Below the pieces are notes generated by a model. That model was not told the DNA's origin. It saw only the letters and a list, made by a program, of their open reading frames with translations, and did not search any database. From a virus (lineage: Duplodnaviria; Caudoviricetes): 64,000 nucleotides of DNA. Within the stretch, counting starts at the first letter, position 1. Each line of letters starts with the position of its first letter. This document shows positions 1 to 9,106 of the stretch, one piece after another. The position numbers were made by a program, and so were the translations under genes. The DNA lies in IMG/VR virus record IMGVR_UViG_2061766007_000017, positions 1,312 through 65,311 of that record; one strand, 5' to 3'.

Positions 1-112
1 TGACAAACGCTTGTTCTTCCTCAAGCGTCATTTTGTCGTGATCGACCTTGTATTTCAAAAAACCAAGGCAATCAGATAACAATTTCTTGACAAGGTTTGA
101 ATCTTCGGACAT
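1..112 (-). CDS. Hypothetical protein, 5' part only (MSEDSNLVKKLLSDCLGFLKYKVDHDKMTLEEEQAFV...), runs off the window edge; possibly a small regulator
   Basis: Manual translation from ATG at 112, open to position 1; not in the ORF track. Confidence 0.6.
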   Translation of the reverse strand, partial: MSEDSNLVKKLLSDCLGFLKYKVDHDKMTLEEEQAFV

Positions 113-126
113 GTTTACTATATTTG
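96..126 (+). promoter_or_regulatory. Bacteroidetes housekeeping-sigma promoter: TTTG (96-99), 19-nt spacer, TATATTTG (119-126)
   Basis: Exact match to TTTG-N19-21-TAnnTTTG; points antisense to the surrounding minus-strand genes. Confidence 0.75.
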
Positions 127-130
127 CAAA

Positions 131-252
131 GTTCCACCTACATAACATTACCCTCCAGCACAGGGAAGGCCATAAGCCCTCGGCCTGTACCGGAAGGTAT
201 TGTTGTAAATGTAGGTGGAACTCTTTTACAAATATGTCCGAGGGCTTTTTTA
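131..252 (+). ncRNA. Putative antisense small RNA (c4-like architecture) ending in an intrinsic terminator
   Basis: Starts just after the promoter; GTTCCACCTACAT (131-143) is complementary to 209-221; AAGCCCTCGG (174-183) pairs with CCGAGGGCTT (238-247), followed by a T run. Confidence 0.55.
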
Positions 253-319
253 TTCCCTCACTTTAATAATCCCTTTGAGATATTTGGAGCGTCGTCTGAT
301 ATGTCTGCCGACATGGGGT

Positions 320-613
320 TTATTTGATAAACATCATCGCGATTGAACCAATCACGAAATAGGCGAGGTTGTGATACCATTTCGGTTCGTAGTCCAGGTC
401 CACCGATTCCGTTTTCTCCCGGTTGATGCCGAGGGAGTGCGCCCAGTTGTGCGCGGCCCATTCCCGCATGATGTTCATCTCGCTCCGCCGCCAAAGCCGA
501 CAGGACGGGTGCAGGGCGCGTATCTTGCACAACTCTGGGTAGAAGTCGGCCTTCTTGACGAGGTACGAGTCAATCAACTTGACCCGGTTGCCGAGGATGC
601 GGTACTCCATCAC
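320..613 (-). CDS. Hypothetical protein with C-terminal hydrophobic helix
   Basis: 97-aa ORF whose start overlaps the stop of the upstream gene; C-terminal LAYFVIGSIAMMFI. Confidence 0.65.
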   Translation of the reverse strand: MMEYRILGNRVKLIDSYLVKKADFYPELCKIRALHPSCRLWRRSEMNIMREWAAHNWAHSLGINREKTESVDLDYEPKWYHNLAYFVIGSIAMMFIK

Positions 614-999
614 GGAACGAGGAGTTCAAGGACATAGAAGATGCCCAGGCACACGGCGAAGAACAGGATGTAGATGCCGATGGTTTTCAGCACCTTCTTC
701 CAGGTTACGACCTCCTTGATGTAACGGAAGTCCTCCTTGATGCCTTCGATGAACCACTTGTCGCCGTACTTGGTCTTGTAGTCATCTTTCCAATGCCACG
801 CAACCTGGGCGATGGTGTAAACAAGGGTCTCCAGGATGGCCGTCACCCAGCACCAACCGAAGAAGGTCTTGAGCCAATGGCCGAACTGACTCATCCCGGC
901 CTCCACGGGTGCGAGGAAGCCGACGATGATGAACGCGATTGCGGAAAGGATTGCAGTCCGAGCAAACCACCGCTTCATAAATTTGATTCTTTCTTCCAT
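610..999 (-). CDS. Integral membrane protein (~3 TM, 129 aa); moron/superinfection-exclusion candidate
   Basis: Likely start ATG 999 (MEERIKF); three hydrophobic stretches; the track's longer N-terminus only translates the tandem repeat. Confidence 0.7.
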   Translation of the reverse strand: MEERIKFMKRWFARTAILSAIAFIIVGFLAPVEAGMSQFGHWLKTFFGWCWVTAILETLVYTIAQVAWHWKDDYKTKYGDKWFIEGIKEDFRYIKEVVTWKKVLKTIGIYILFFAVCLGIFYVLELLVP

Positions 1000-1037
1000 A
1001 TCTTTTCGTTTTGTGGGGGCCCGGAGGCCCCCGGTTT

Positions 1038-1107
1038 CGCAGTATTTTCGCAGTTCACCGCAGTATTTTCGCAGTTCACCGCAGTATTTTCGCAGTATTT
1101 CCGCAGT
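1038..1107. repeat. Seven CGCAGT hexamers at 10-11-bp spacing, next to a GC hairpin (GGGGGCCC-GGA-GGCCCCC, ~1015-1032)
   Basis: Copies start at 1038, 1049, 1059, 1070, 1080, 1091, 1102. Confidence 0.95.
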
Positions 1108-1122
1108 TCGTAAGTCAGTCAA

Positions 1123-1254
1123 TTAGGGCCGAAAGTCTTTGAGTTTGCTTTCTGGCATTGTTCCACTTCCGGGAATCCAATACCACCATTCTCCGTTTTC
1201 CTTGTATTGTGGTATCCCATATCCCCATCCGGGAAAGAACTTTGAATCTGGCAT
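1123..1254 (-). CDS. Micro-protein, 43 aa, W/Y/G-rich (MPDSKFFPGWGYGIPQYKENGEWWYWIPGSGTMPESKLKDFRP)
   Basis: Manual translation; ATG 3 nt after the previous stop; below the track's size cut-off. Confidence 0.5.
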   Translation of the reverse strand: MPDSKFFPGWGYGIPQYKENGEWWYWIPGSGTMPESKLKDFRP

Positions 1255-1257
1255 AAG

Positions 1258-1413
1258 TCATCTAATTAGGGCCGGAAGTGATTGTGTTTCCAACTTTTGC
1301 AGAATCGCCCAGATGTCGAACTTGATGTCATCCTTCAAGTCCCCGTCCGGCAGTCTTTCCGCACGGGCGTGGGCCAGCTCTAGGGCATCCCTCAAAAGTT
1401 TCACCGTGTCCAT
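1258..1413 (-). CDS. Micro-protein, 51 aa, helical (MDTVKLLRDALELAHARAERLPDGDLKDDIKFDIWAILQKLETQSLPALIR)
   Basis: Manual translation; ATG 2 nt after the tail-gene stop. Confidence 0.55.
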   Translation of the reverse strand: MDTVKLLRDALELAHARAERLPDGDLKDDIKFDIWAILQKLETQSLPALIR

Positions 1414-1415
1414 TT

Positions 1416-4400
1416 CTAATCCTTGTAAGGTATTACCATCATTTCCCGTTTCACCATCATCTGCGTGACGGTCGCACCGACCCGCATCACCTTCACATTC
1501 CCGTTCAGTCGGTCAATCGCATAGACGCAGAAGGCATCCTGGGAGACTCCGACGCCACCCCTCGGAAGGTCGGACTGATTCGCCCAGGCCGGGTTGGAGG
1601 AATCGCCGTAAAGGGCGTTTCCGCAGGTAATGCAGAGGCAGAGTTGCTTGTTCTCCGAATTTTCATAGTACCCGATCCAGTCCTCGTGGCGATGTCCGCA
1701 TACGTAGCAGATGAACTCGGTCGTCTCATCCACCACGGAGAAGTCTGCCACCACCGAAACGGTCTGCGTGGTTACATCCGAATCTCCATTGTAGGTCGCT
1801 GAATGGTCTTCGTAGGTGAAGTTCACGGAAGTCCGGGAAATGAACGCATCCACCAGGAGTTCCACCACCCTCTTGTCCACATACGCACCGTCCGGCTCAT
1901 AGGATGCTCCGGTGTTCGGGACGGGCTGGCGGAACACATCATAAGGGGATTCGGCCACCACCTTGTCCTCCGGTGCATGGTAGGCGATTACGATGCCGTA
2001 GCCAGCCGGAGTGGAGAGAAGTGTTGCGATGAGCCAGTCTACCTGGGCCTGTCCTATTCTTCTGCGGTACACACCATCTTCATGCTGATTGAGGACAATC
2101 ACCCGGACTTTCTTGGCATCATAGTCCTTGTAGAAATAGCACTTGGTCGCAGGTGTCCCTGCAGATGCGAGGTATTCGTACTTTGTCGCAAGGTCGGAAA
2201 GGTTGTCGGCAAACAATGTGCTGCTCCCGGTGGGCAGGGATTCGTGGTTTCCGATGCAAGCGATTACATCCGTGTTGTGTTCGTTTGCGAAGTCAAAGAT
2301 GAACTGCGAGGCATCCCGTTTTTGATAGAGGACGGCATCGCCCGTTTCCATGATGAAGTCCACACCAAACTTGTCGCAGTATTCCAACAGGTTCTTCCAC
2401 CTCGGTGCATCCCCGTGCAGGTCGGTGATGTGGGCGAAAATGGGCATGGAATCCATCCCGTTCAATGCACCACCACCCGGAATCAACTCCCTGCGGAGTG
2501 CTTGCAGATTAATCTGCGTTGCCTCGTTCCGACCCACAACATTTTCATCCCGTTCATCGTAGTATTCAATGGCAAGTTTGCCGCTGTCTATGAGAGCCTG
2601 TATGTCGGATGCCAATATTGGTGCAACATAGGATGCAGAATTTGTGGTGTATGCTCGGAACACCGGACGGATGCATAATGCTGTATTTGGTAGGGTTATC
2701 TCGCCTCCGTCCACAAATGCCGCCGAACCACCCGCAAGCACTGAATGGTTTCCGTCGGAAGTTCCTACCCACCAATAGCCGCAAAGAATATAAGGCAAAC
2801 CATCTGGGATTCGGTGGCGAATCCTCATTCCAGGGAAAGGCACACAGATGTTGCTCTTGGTTGTGACTCTTAAGGGGTCATAGGTTGAGTTATGATTCAA
2901 ATGCCCAGATGAACTGGTATCGCAGTTAAGCAGACCACCCAAAGGCAGGGGTTTCCACTTGTTCTCATCTTCCAGGACTCCGCTTTCAATGAACTCCGTG
3001 TAGCCGGATTCGGAATCGTGTATAACGAAATCCTCCCCTCCAATTTTGACGGGTTTGTCATTTGCGACACCATCCACTTGCAGATGGAACGATGCACGGA
3101 TATATGCCGGGTTGTTGTTGCTGAAAGATATGGTTCGCGTTCCCGTGTATCCGTTTGAATTGTAATACACAACGAAATTCTTGTCGGCATCATACGATTC
3201 TATTCTGATGTTTGATGACCCGGCCCCGCCGAATTTCCAAACAATCTCCGTTCCGGGAGTGTATGGAATGAAATCCGTAGTCCCGCAACCATCAAGGTAC
3301 AAGATTTTCCCCTCGTTGATCCGCCCGTCCTCATAATAATTTTTCTTGCTACCGTAGATTGCCTTATCCACACCGATGTTGTTGCGGACGGTTTCCTGCT
3401 CGGTGTCGGTCAACTCCTGGGCGGTTTTGGTGAGGACTTCGGTGTCAATCTCTTCCTGTACCGCCTCAATCGCCTCCCGAACATCTGCGCCAAATCCTTC
3501 GTTCGGGACTTCCACATAGAAATTTCTTTCCGCAGATGCAAGACGGAAAACGAAATAGCAGTCCTCGGTTGCCGTGAAACTCCGTTTCTTTGTAGTGGAA
3601 CTATACTGCGTTCTCACAACATCGGAAACCGCATCACCGACTTCCGGAACATCTGCCGTTTTACCGGAAATAATCCACCCGGATGCGAGGTTGTGATGTA
3701 TCGTGATGGTCTTTCCTGCACTTACGGGAAGATACCAAAGCCGGAAACCCGTCTCTGCGACTATTTCATAAGGGAATGAACTTGTGATGCCTCTTCCGTT
3801 TACATTGGCAATATCCTCCGGCTGAATATTCCTTGTTTCATCAAACGTCAATTCGGCCTCTAACTGGCTGACTTTGGAGTTGGTCGCGTATTCTTCCAGG
3901 GCGACCGAAGTGGTGCCGATATGCACCCAGGAATAGGTGGAATCTCCGACCGTCACATACCTGTCGTAATTACCGGAAGTTCCAGTCGCGACAAGATAGA
4001 TCTTGCCGACGGTGGACGCGCTTGCGGCAAGGCTTCCGGTATAAGAATCGCTATCGTGGGTCACACTCACGCCAGCCGGGATGTTCGCGGCTACGGGAGT
4101 GGATTCCCCGTCCCAGGCTACGACGAACGCGCCGTTGCCGATGGTTTCGATGGAGATTCCCAGGTCTGCGATGTCGCCGTTGATGTCCTCAATATCCTCG
4201 TTGATAGCCGAGGCGATCCCGTCCACATAGGTCTTCACGGATTTCGGGGAGGACGTCTTGACGTCGGATGCCGCGTCCGCAGACACGTCCGTGGAAATGG
4301 TCGGCACGGTGGGAATGACACCACTTGCGAGGTCGGACGCGGGGATGCCGGTTCCTGGTTTCTGGTAGGCCGTGGCACCAGACGCGGCACCGCTTCGAAT

Positions 4401-4748
4401 CGTGGACAGGTCCTGGATGACGTCCTGCTTCCCGGAGACATCGGGTACGACCCCGCTGGCAAGGTCGCTGGCAGGGATACCGCCGGAGGGCTTGCTATAA
4501 GTGCCTGCGCCGATATTCGTCCGTGCCTGGGTTTTCTGCGAATCATTCAGCGACTGCGAGGTGTATTTAACGGCCTCCGGGTCGGAGCCTTCGCCGCTTC
4601 CGCTCTGCGCGGCCTCGTTGATGGCCGCGACGAGGTTGTTCTTCGCGGTGGTGTTCAAGTTGGAAAGGTTGCCAATGGAACTGCGTGCCACCTCGTCCTT
4701 GAGCGAGATGGGAACCCCACCGACAATGACCTGTTTAGCGTCACTCAT
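1416..4748 (-). CDS. Tail fibre/spike protein with C-terminal calcineurin-like metallophosphoesterase domain
   Basis: Fibre-type motifs (IGNLSNLNTTAKNNLVAAINE, YQKPGTGIPASDLA repeats, QARTNIG); C-terminal DLH, GDAV, GNHE, YHAP, GHRH metal-binding motifs. Confidence 0.75.
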   Translation of the reverse strand: MSDAKQVIVGGVPISLKDEVARSSIGNLSNLNTTAKNNLVAAINEAAQSGSGEGSDPEAVKYTSQSLNDSQKTQARTNIGAGTYSKPSGGIPASDLASGVVPDVSGKQDVIQDLSTIRSGAASGATAYQKPGTGIPASDLASGVIPTVPTISTDVSADAASDVKTSSPKSVKTYVDGIASAINEDIEDINGDIADLGISIETIGNGAFVVAWDGESTPVAANIPAGVSVTHDSDSYTGSLAASASTVGKIYLVATGTSGNYDRYVTVGDSTYSWVHIGTTSVALEEYATNSKVSQLEAELTFDETRNIQPEDIANVNGRGITSSFPYEIVAETGFRLWYLPVSAGKTITIHHNLASGWIISGKTADVPEVGDAVSDVVRTQYSSTTKKRSFTATEDCYFVFRLASAERNFYVEVPNEGFGADVREAIEAVQEEIDTEVLTKTAQELTDTEQETVRNNIGVDKAIYGSKKNYYEDGRINEGKILYLDGCGTTDFIPYTPGTEIVWKFGGAGSSNIRIESYDADKNFVVYYNSNGYTGTRTISFSNNNPAYIRASFHLQVDGVANDKPVKIGGEDFVIHDSESGYTEFIESGVLEDENKWKPLPLGGLLNCDTSSSGHLNHNSTYDPLRVTTKSNICVPFPGMRIRHRIPDGLPYILCGYWWVGTSDGNHSVLAGGSAAFVDGGEITLPNTALCIRPVFRAYTTNSASYVAPILASDIQALIDSGKLAIEYYDERDENVVGRNEATQINLQALRRELIPGGGALNGMDSMPIFAHITDLHGDAPRWKNLLEYCDKFGVDFIMETGDAVLYQKRDASQFIFDFANEHNTDVIACIGNHESLPTGSSTLFADNLSDLATKYEYLASAGTPATKCYFYKDYDAKKVRVIVLNQHEDGVYRRRIGQAQVDWLIATLLSTPAGYGIVIAYHAPEDKVVAESPYDVFRQPVPNTGASYEPDGAYVDKRVVELLVDAFISRTSVNFTYEDHSATYNGDSDVTTQTVSVVADFSVVDETTEFICYVCGHRHEDWIGYYENSENKQLCLCITCGNALYGDSSNPAWANQSDLPRGGVGVSQDAFCVYAIDRLNGNVKVMRVGATVTQMMVKREMMVIPYKD

Positions 4749-4770
4749 ATCGTCATGTTTTATTTTGTTC

Positions 4771-5301
4771 CTAACTGAAGACTATTGATTCCGTCGCGGA
4801 GTTGTAGGCAACGGACGAGGATGCCTCCGGGAAGATAAGGGATTCCGTCACGGGATCGTATTCCAGCGCAAGTGCATCCGTCAAGCCGATGTTCGCCCTT
4901 GCCTGTGCCTGCTGCGAGGCTGAAAGCACCTGCGGGGTACACCTGACAACATCCAATACATCCTGATCCTGCAAGGCTGTGTCCGCCTTCTCCAAGGAGG
5001 TCCTCACCGAAAGCGCGAGGTCGGCCTTCGGGATTCCGTAGTTCGGTTTCTGGTAAGCCCTTGCCGCTGCCGCCGCTCCGGAACGGATTGCGTCGAGGTC
5101 GGGAATGGCATCCTGCTTGCCGGCAATCAGCGCCTCTATATCATCGGGCGTAAGGCTTCCGTCTCCCCCGCCTCCGGGTTTGAGGTTTTTCAGTTTTTCT
5201 TCGAGCCGAACCCAGTTGGAGTCACGCACCGCCCTTTCATGGGTGATGGGGAAACGATTCCGTCCTCGTCTGTCTTTGATATAGTCTATCTTGTCTTGCA
5301 T
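4771..5301 (-). CDS. Tail fibre-associated structural protein
   Basis: Shares KQD.I.DL..IRSGA...AYQKP..GIP..DLA and QARANIG motifs with 1416..4748; N-terminus shared with 19053..19433. Confidence 0.7.
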   Translation of the reverse strand: MQDKIDYIKDRRGRNRFPITHERAVRDSNWVRLEEKLKNLKPGGGGDGSLTPDDIEALIAGKQDAIPDLDAIRSGAAAAARAYQKPNYGIPKADLALSVRTSLEKADTALQDQDVLDVVRCTPQVLSASQQAQARANIGLTDALALEYDPVTESLIFPEASSSVAYNSATESIVFS

Positions 5302-5323
5302 GGGGTCAGCGTTTATTCAGGTC

Positions 5324-8300
5324 TTACTGAGCGTCGTAGTCGTTCCAACTGTCAATCGTACCGGCGTATGTGGTAATATCGACATTCTTGAGTTCCATAC
5401 TTCCAAGGAAATGGGTGCCGAGAGCGGCTACCGCTGCGGCCGAGAAGTCGTAAAGCGGAACGCTGGCGGTTGTCCCGGTCGTTTTGTATGCGTATGCGAG
5501 ATAGTATCCGGCGGTAGGTGCGGCAAACAGGCCGTTGTCTGCGTTGAAGAACTTCTCGTGATAAGGGGAATGTTCGTTCTGCCACTGCTTTGTGACGGGG
5601 TTGTAGAACTGCAAGCCTCCGCTCGCCGAGCCGATAACCGTAATCCTCGTCGCGTCGATGTACTGGTACAGGGTGACCGCCTGGTAGGAGGTGGGGTTGT
5701 ACTGGCTGTTCCTTGTCAGTTTGTTCGCGGTGTAGCGCAACCGCGTGGCCCTCCATTCGGGGACGGTCACATCGTATCCGAGTTGCGTGATGCCGTTCGG
5801 GCCGAGGTCGTACATGGCGTTCTCGTCGTCCTCGGCGGAGAAGAACTTCAGCACCGGAGCGGAATCTCCGTTCTCCTGTCCCATCTTGATACGGAGGTTC
5901 CCGTCCACATCATAGAAGCAGATGAGCCCGCCCTGGATGGTGATGTACGAACCGTTGCCTGCGGTGCTGATGAAGTTGGCGAACAGTTCCTCTGCGTTGG
6001 CCTGGATGAAGTTGGCGACCGCTGCCTCAATCACGCCCGTGGCAATCTTGTCGGTCGTGATTGAACCAGGGAGAATGACCGTACCGTCAATCCTCTCCCC
6101 GCCCGGCTTGTCAGCCTCGTCGTTGATTTTCCCGACGAAGATGCCGCCGTCCACATTGACGAGACCGGCGTTCACAATACCAGCCGCAAGCGTTCCGTCC
6201 ACTTCGACCTTTGGGGCGGTGAGGACAATCTTGCCACCACTCGTTCCGAGACCTGCAAGGATTTCGATGCTGGCCTTGAGGTTGTCCCCCTGTCCAACGC
6301 CCGCCCAAATCTTGTCTGACTTGACCTTGATGCCGGAGACCTCGGTGAACGCATCGGAAAGGACGCAGTTCTTCACGTTGGCGACCCACGCCTCGTATTC
6401 AAGTGGACGGTTCGGGACCTCTTCGTACTCATCGAGGAACTCGTCATACGGATAGAGGGTTCCGTCGGACAGGTCCTTCCAGCACTTGCCGGCCTTGCTC
6501 ACGGAAAGGTCAATCTCGTCAGCCTTGATTTCAAGCGCGCCGAGCCTCGTCTCCTGGCCCTCAATATCCTCCACGGCCGCGCTGATCGCGTCTGCGGTCT
6601 GCTTGATACGGGAGAAAGAATCCGTGACAACCGTGAGTTCGTAGTTCGGGTATTTCCATCGTACATACTCCTCGTAGGTGCGCGTCGTAAATACCTCTGC
6701 ATATTCTTCCCGGAAGGCATCGTAGTCGAGGATGACCGGGCCATTGGCGGCGCTGTCGTCAATCCAGCAAAGGGTGTTGGTCTGGACAAGGGAGGTAATC
6801 TGGCCGGGGAACTGGTCGATGACGCTCATCTGGGACGCATACTCCTTAAGGGTCCATCCCTGGCCCTGCATCTCCGTCACATACTGGTTCCTCGTCTTGT
6901 TTGACGGAACGGCGTACCGGGCATACTGCTTCCCGTTAAAGGAGTTCTTCTCCCAGTAGTACCCCATATCGCCCACAATGCTCCGCAACTCGCCGGAGGT
7001 CTGCGTGATGTTGGAGAGGGCGGCACCGACCTCAATCTTCGCATAGCCGAGGACGTTGGTCACATACTGCTCATAGGTGTAGGATGAATAGGTGGACGAG
7101 CGGTTCGCGTATTGCGTCTCGAACGCATCGTAGGAGGCGTATGTGTTGCCGTTCTGCCACATGTATTTCGTCGTGTCCACGGACGCGGAGATTTCGTCCA
7201 CCGCCTGCTTGATCTGGGAGAACTTGCTTACAATGACAACCTCTTCGTAAGGCCCGTCCGGGCGGTTCGCGTCACCATCGGGACCCCCGTCGGCAGGTGC
7301 CTTCTGCATGAAGACACTGTAATCGTAGAGTGTCCCTTCCGGCTCGTCCTCAAGGAAGTCTTCCCAGAAAAGGTCGTAGGGATAAAGCACCTCCTCCCCG
7401 CTAATCGTCTTCTTCCACCAACTCTGGCTCGCGGCGATAACGCTGTTGAGTGCGGCCGAATCGACCGAGATGGTTGCGCTCTGGATAAGTCCACGGACCT
7501 GCTGCTCCGTCAGCCTCGCGGCGAGTTGGCCGAGAAGTCCGTCAAGGGTGATGTTTCCGCCCACCATCGTATTCCCGAAGAAGGTTGAGCCGGTTTGCAG
7601 GAGAATCTGCGCGTTCTGCGCGTTGGCGATGATGTCGGCAAACGCCTTCTTGTCTCCGGTCGCGCTCTGCCAACTGGTCAGAACGCCCCAAAGGCCATTC
7701 TCGTTGATGATTATCTGCTCCACATCGGTCCCGTTGATGCGGTTGAGCCGGTCGCGGAGGTCGCCGAGTTGGTCGGTGATGCTTCCGCCGATGGTGGACC
7801 GAAGGTTCTCCAGCGCCGCGTTCAGCGCGGCGATAACCTCGTTGTAGTGCTGGAGGTCGGCCTCCATATCGTCACGAAGGGCCTCAATCGCCTCCTGGAG
7901 GTCGTTGTACTCCTGCGAGGAATCGCTGTTGAAGTATCTGGCCGTGAAAGCGCTGGAGCGGGTGTATGAGTAGCCTGACGCGAGCGGCTGGTCGTAATTG
8001 ACCTGCATGAAGCAGCGGAGGTACGGATACTGTGCCGTCGGTGTTCCGGCGGTAAGCGACCAGGAGCCGCCAGCCGCGCTGCTCGGATCTGCGACCTCCA
8101 TCGGCGTAGCCTGCACGTTCTCCGAGGCGCACAACTTGTACCAGTTCTGCACGCCCGTGATGGAGCGACCGGGCGTTCCGGGCGTATCATCGTCTCCGCC
8201 ACCTCCACCACCGCTTCCGGAGATTTCCACATAGGCGCGGCCCTGGTCGTCGAGTTTCAGGGCGTACTTCTTCCCGGTGTTCTCGTAGCCGAGTTTCACA

Positions 8301-9103
8301 GTTCCCAACTTGCTCCCCGTAGCGGCCGGGACGGTCGCGTAGGCGCGGTGAACATAGTCCAGCGCGACGGGGAACTTGTCCCCGGACTGCGGGAAACCGA
8401 GGATGATGCCGCCGAGGAAGTCCTCGGACGCGGCAGGCAGGACATATTCGCTGCCACCGCCGCCACCCTCTCCGCCACCGCCAGAGGGGATGGCCTCAAT
8501 CATCTCGCGGAGGACACGGCCCTTGTCCGCTGAAAGCGCGTTGGTCTTGCTGGTGGAGTAAAGCGAATCCACGACGGAGAACGGTAGGCTCCCGCCACCC
8601 TCACCACCACCGCCACCGCCCTGCGTGGAGAACGGGAGGGTGAACGCCTTGCCGTTGGTCAGCCGGACCACGACGCTGGAATGTTCGCCGTCACCGGATT
8701 CCACCACATCGATGGACGCGAGGTTCGTGATGTGCGCAAAGGTGAGTACGGACTTGACCTGCAGGAAAGCGTCTTCGGCAATCACATTGTCGTAGTTTTC
8801 CGCGTCTTCTTCAGAAACGAGTTCAAACGCCTCATGCACATCGAATGAATAGAGGCCGTTCACGGGATCGCGCTCCATAAGGACAAGTTTGTAGTAGCCG
8901 GTCTTGGTCTGCATCCCGGCAAGGAAAGTCCAGGCGATTGCGTTCTCTGTTACGGTGTACACCTTCACGGGGAACTTGTTTCCCCCGCTAACCATGTACA
9001 CTTCCAGTTCCTTGCCCTCGATGTTGTGGATGTCCCCGTTGTTTTCGTACAGGAGCCACTGGATGGCAAGGTTTTTACCTTTTCTGAATCGTTGCGTAGC
9101 CAT
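5324..9103 (-). CDS. Large tail/fibre structural protein (1259 aa)
   Basis: Gly-rich linkers, NALSADKG and YVLPAAS..LGG fibre motifs, coiled coil, repeated S.I.Q...I...V motif; lies in the tail module. Confidence 0.7.
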   Translation of the reverse strand: MATQRFRKGKNLAIQWLLYENNGDIHNIEGKELEVYMVSGGNKFPVKVYTVTENAIAWTFLAGMQTKTGYYKLVLMERDPVNGLYSFDVHEAFELVSEEDAENYDNVIAEDAFLQVKSVLTFAHITNLASIDVVESGDGEHSSVVVRLTNGKAFTLPFSTQGGGGGGEGGGSLPFSVVDSLYSTSKTNALSADKGRVLREMIEAIPSGGGGEGGGGGSEYVLPAASEDFLGGIILGFPQSGDKFPVALDYVHRAYATVPAATGSKLGTVKLGYENTGKKYALKLDDQGRAYVEISGSGGGGGGDDDTPGTPGRSITGVQNWYKLCASENVQATPMEVADPSSAAGGSWSLTAGTPTAQYPYLRCFMQVNYDQPLASGYSYTRSSAFTARYFNSDSSQEYNDLQEAIEALRDDMEADLQHYNEVIAALNAALENLRSTIGGSITDQLGDLRDRLNRINGTDVEQIIINENGLWGVLTSWQSATGDKKAFADIIANAQNAQILLQTGSTFFGNTMVGGNITLDGLLGQLAARLTEQQVRGLIQSATISVDSAALNSVIAASQSWWKKTISGEEVLYPYDLFWEDFLEDEPEGTLYDYSVFMQKAPADGGPDGDANRPDGPYEEVVIVSKFSQIKQAVDEISASVDTTKYMWQNGNTYASYDAFETQYANRSSTYSSYTYEQYVTNVLGYAKIEVGAALSNITQTSGELRSIVGDMGYYWEKNSFNGKQYARYAVPSNKTRNQYVTEMQGQGWTLKEYASQMSVIDQFPGQITSLVQTNTLCWIDDSAANGPVILDYDAFREEYAEVFTTRTYEEYVRWKYPNYELTVVTDSFSRIKQTADAISAAVEDIEGQETRLGALEIKADEIDLSVSKAGKCWKDLSDGTLYPYDEFLDEYEEVPNRPLEYEAWVANVKNCVLSDAFTEVSGIKVKSDKIWAGVGQGDNLKASIEILAGLGTSGGKIVLTAPKVEVDGTLAAGIVNAGLVNVDGGIFVGKINDEADKPGGERIDGTVILPGSITTDKIATGVIEAAVANFIQANAEELFANFISTAGNGSYITIQGGLICFYDVDGNLRIKMGQENGDSAPVLKFFSAEDDENAMYDLGPNGITQLGYDVTVPEWRATRLRYTANKLTRNSQYNPTSYQAVTLYQYIDATRITVIGSASGGLQFYNPVTKQWQNEHSPYHEKFFNADNGLFAAPTAGYYLAYAYKTTGTTASVPLYDFSAAAVAALGTHFLGSMELKNVDITTYAGTIDSWNDYDAQ

Positions 9104-9106
9104 GTG

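Noticed and set aside
1038-1107. CRISPR array (also 56404-56465)
   Set aside because: Repeats are 6-11 bp with no unique spacers, and there are no cas genes.
1000-1122. N-terminal repeat peptide (ELRKYCG)n on the membrane protein
   Set aside because: Only a translation of the DNA repeat from a TTG; ATG 999 after an A-rich leader is more plausible.
1416-9103. Diversity-generating retroelement target in the tail genes
   Set aside because: No reverse transcriptase ORF and no adenine-specific TR/VR pair seen by eye; a dot-plot would be decisive.
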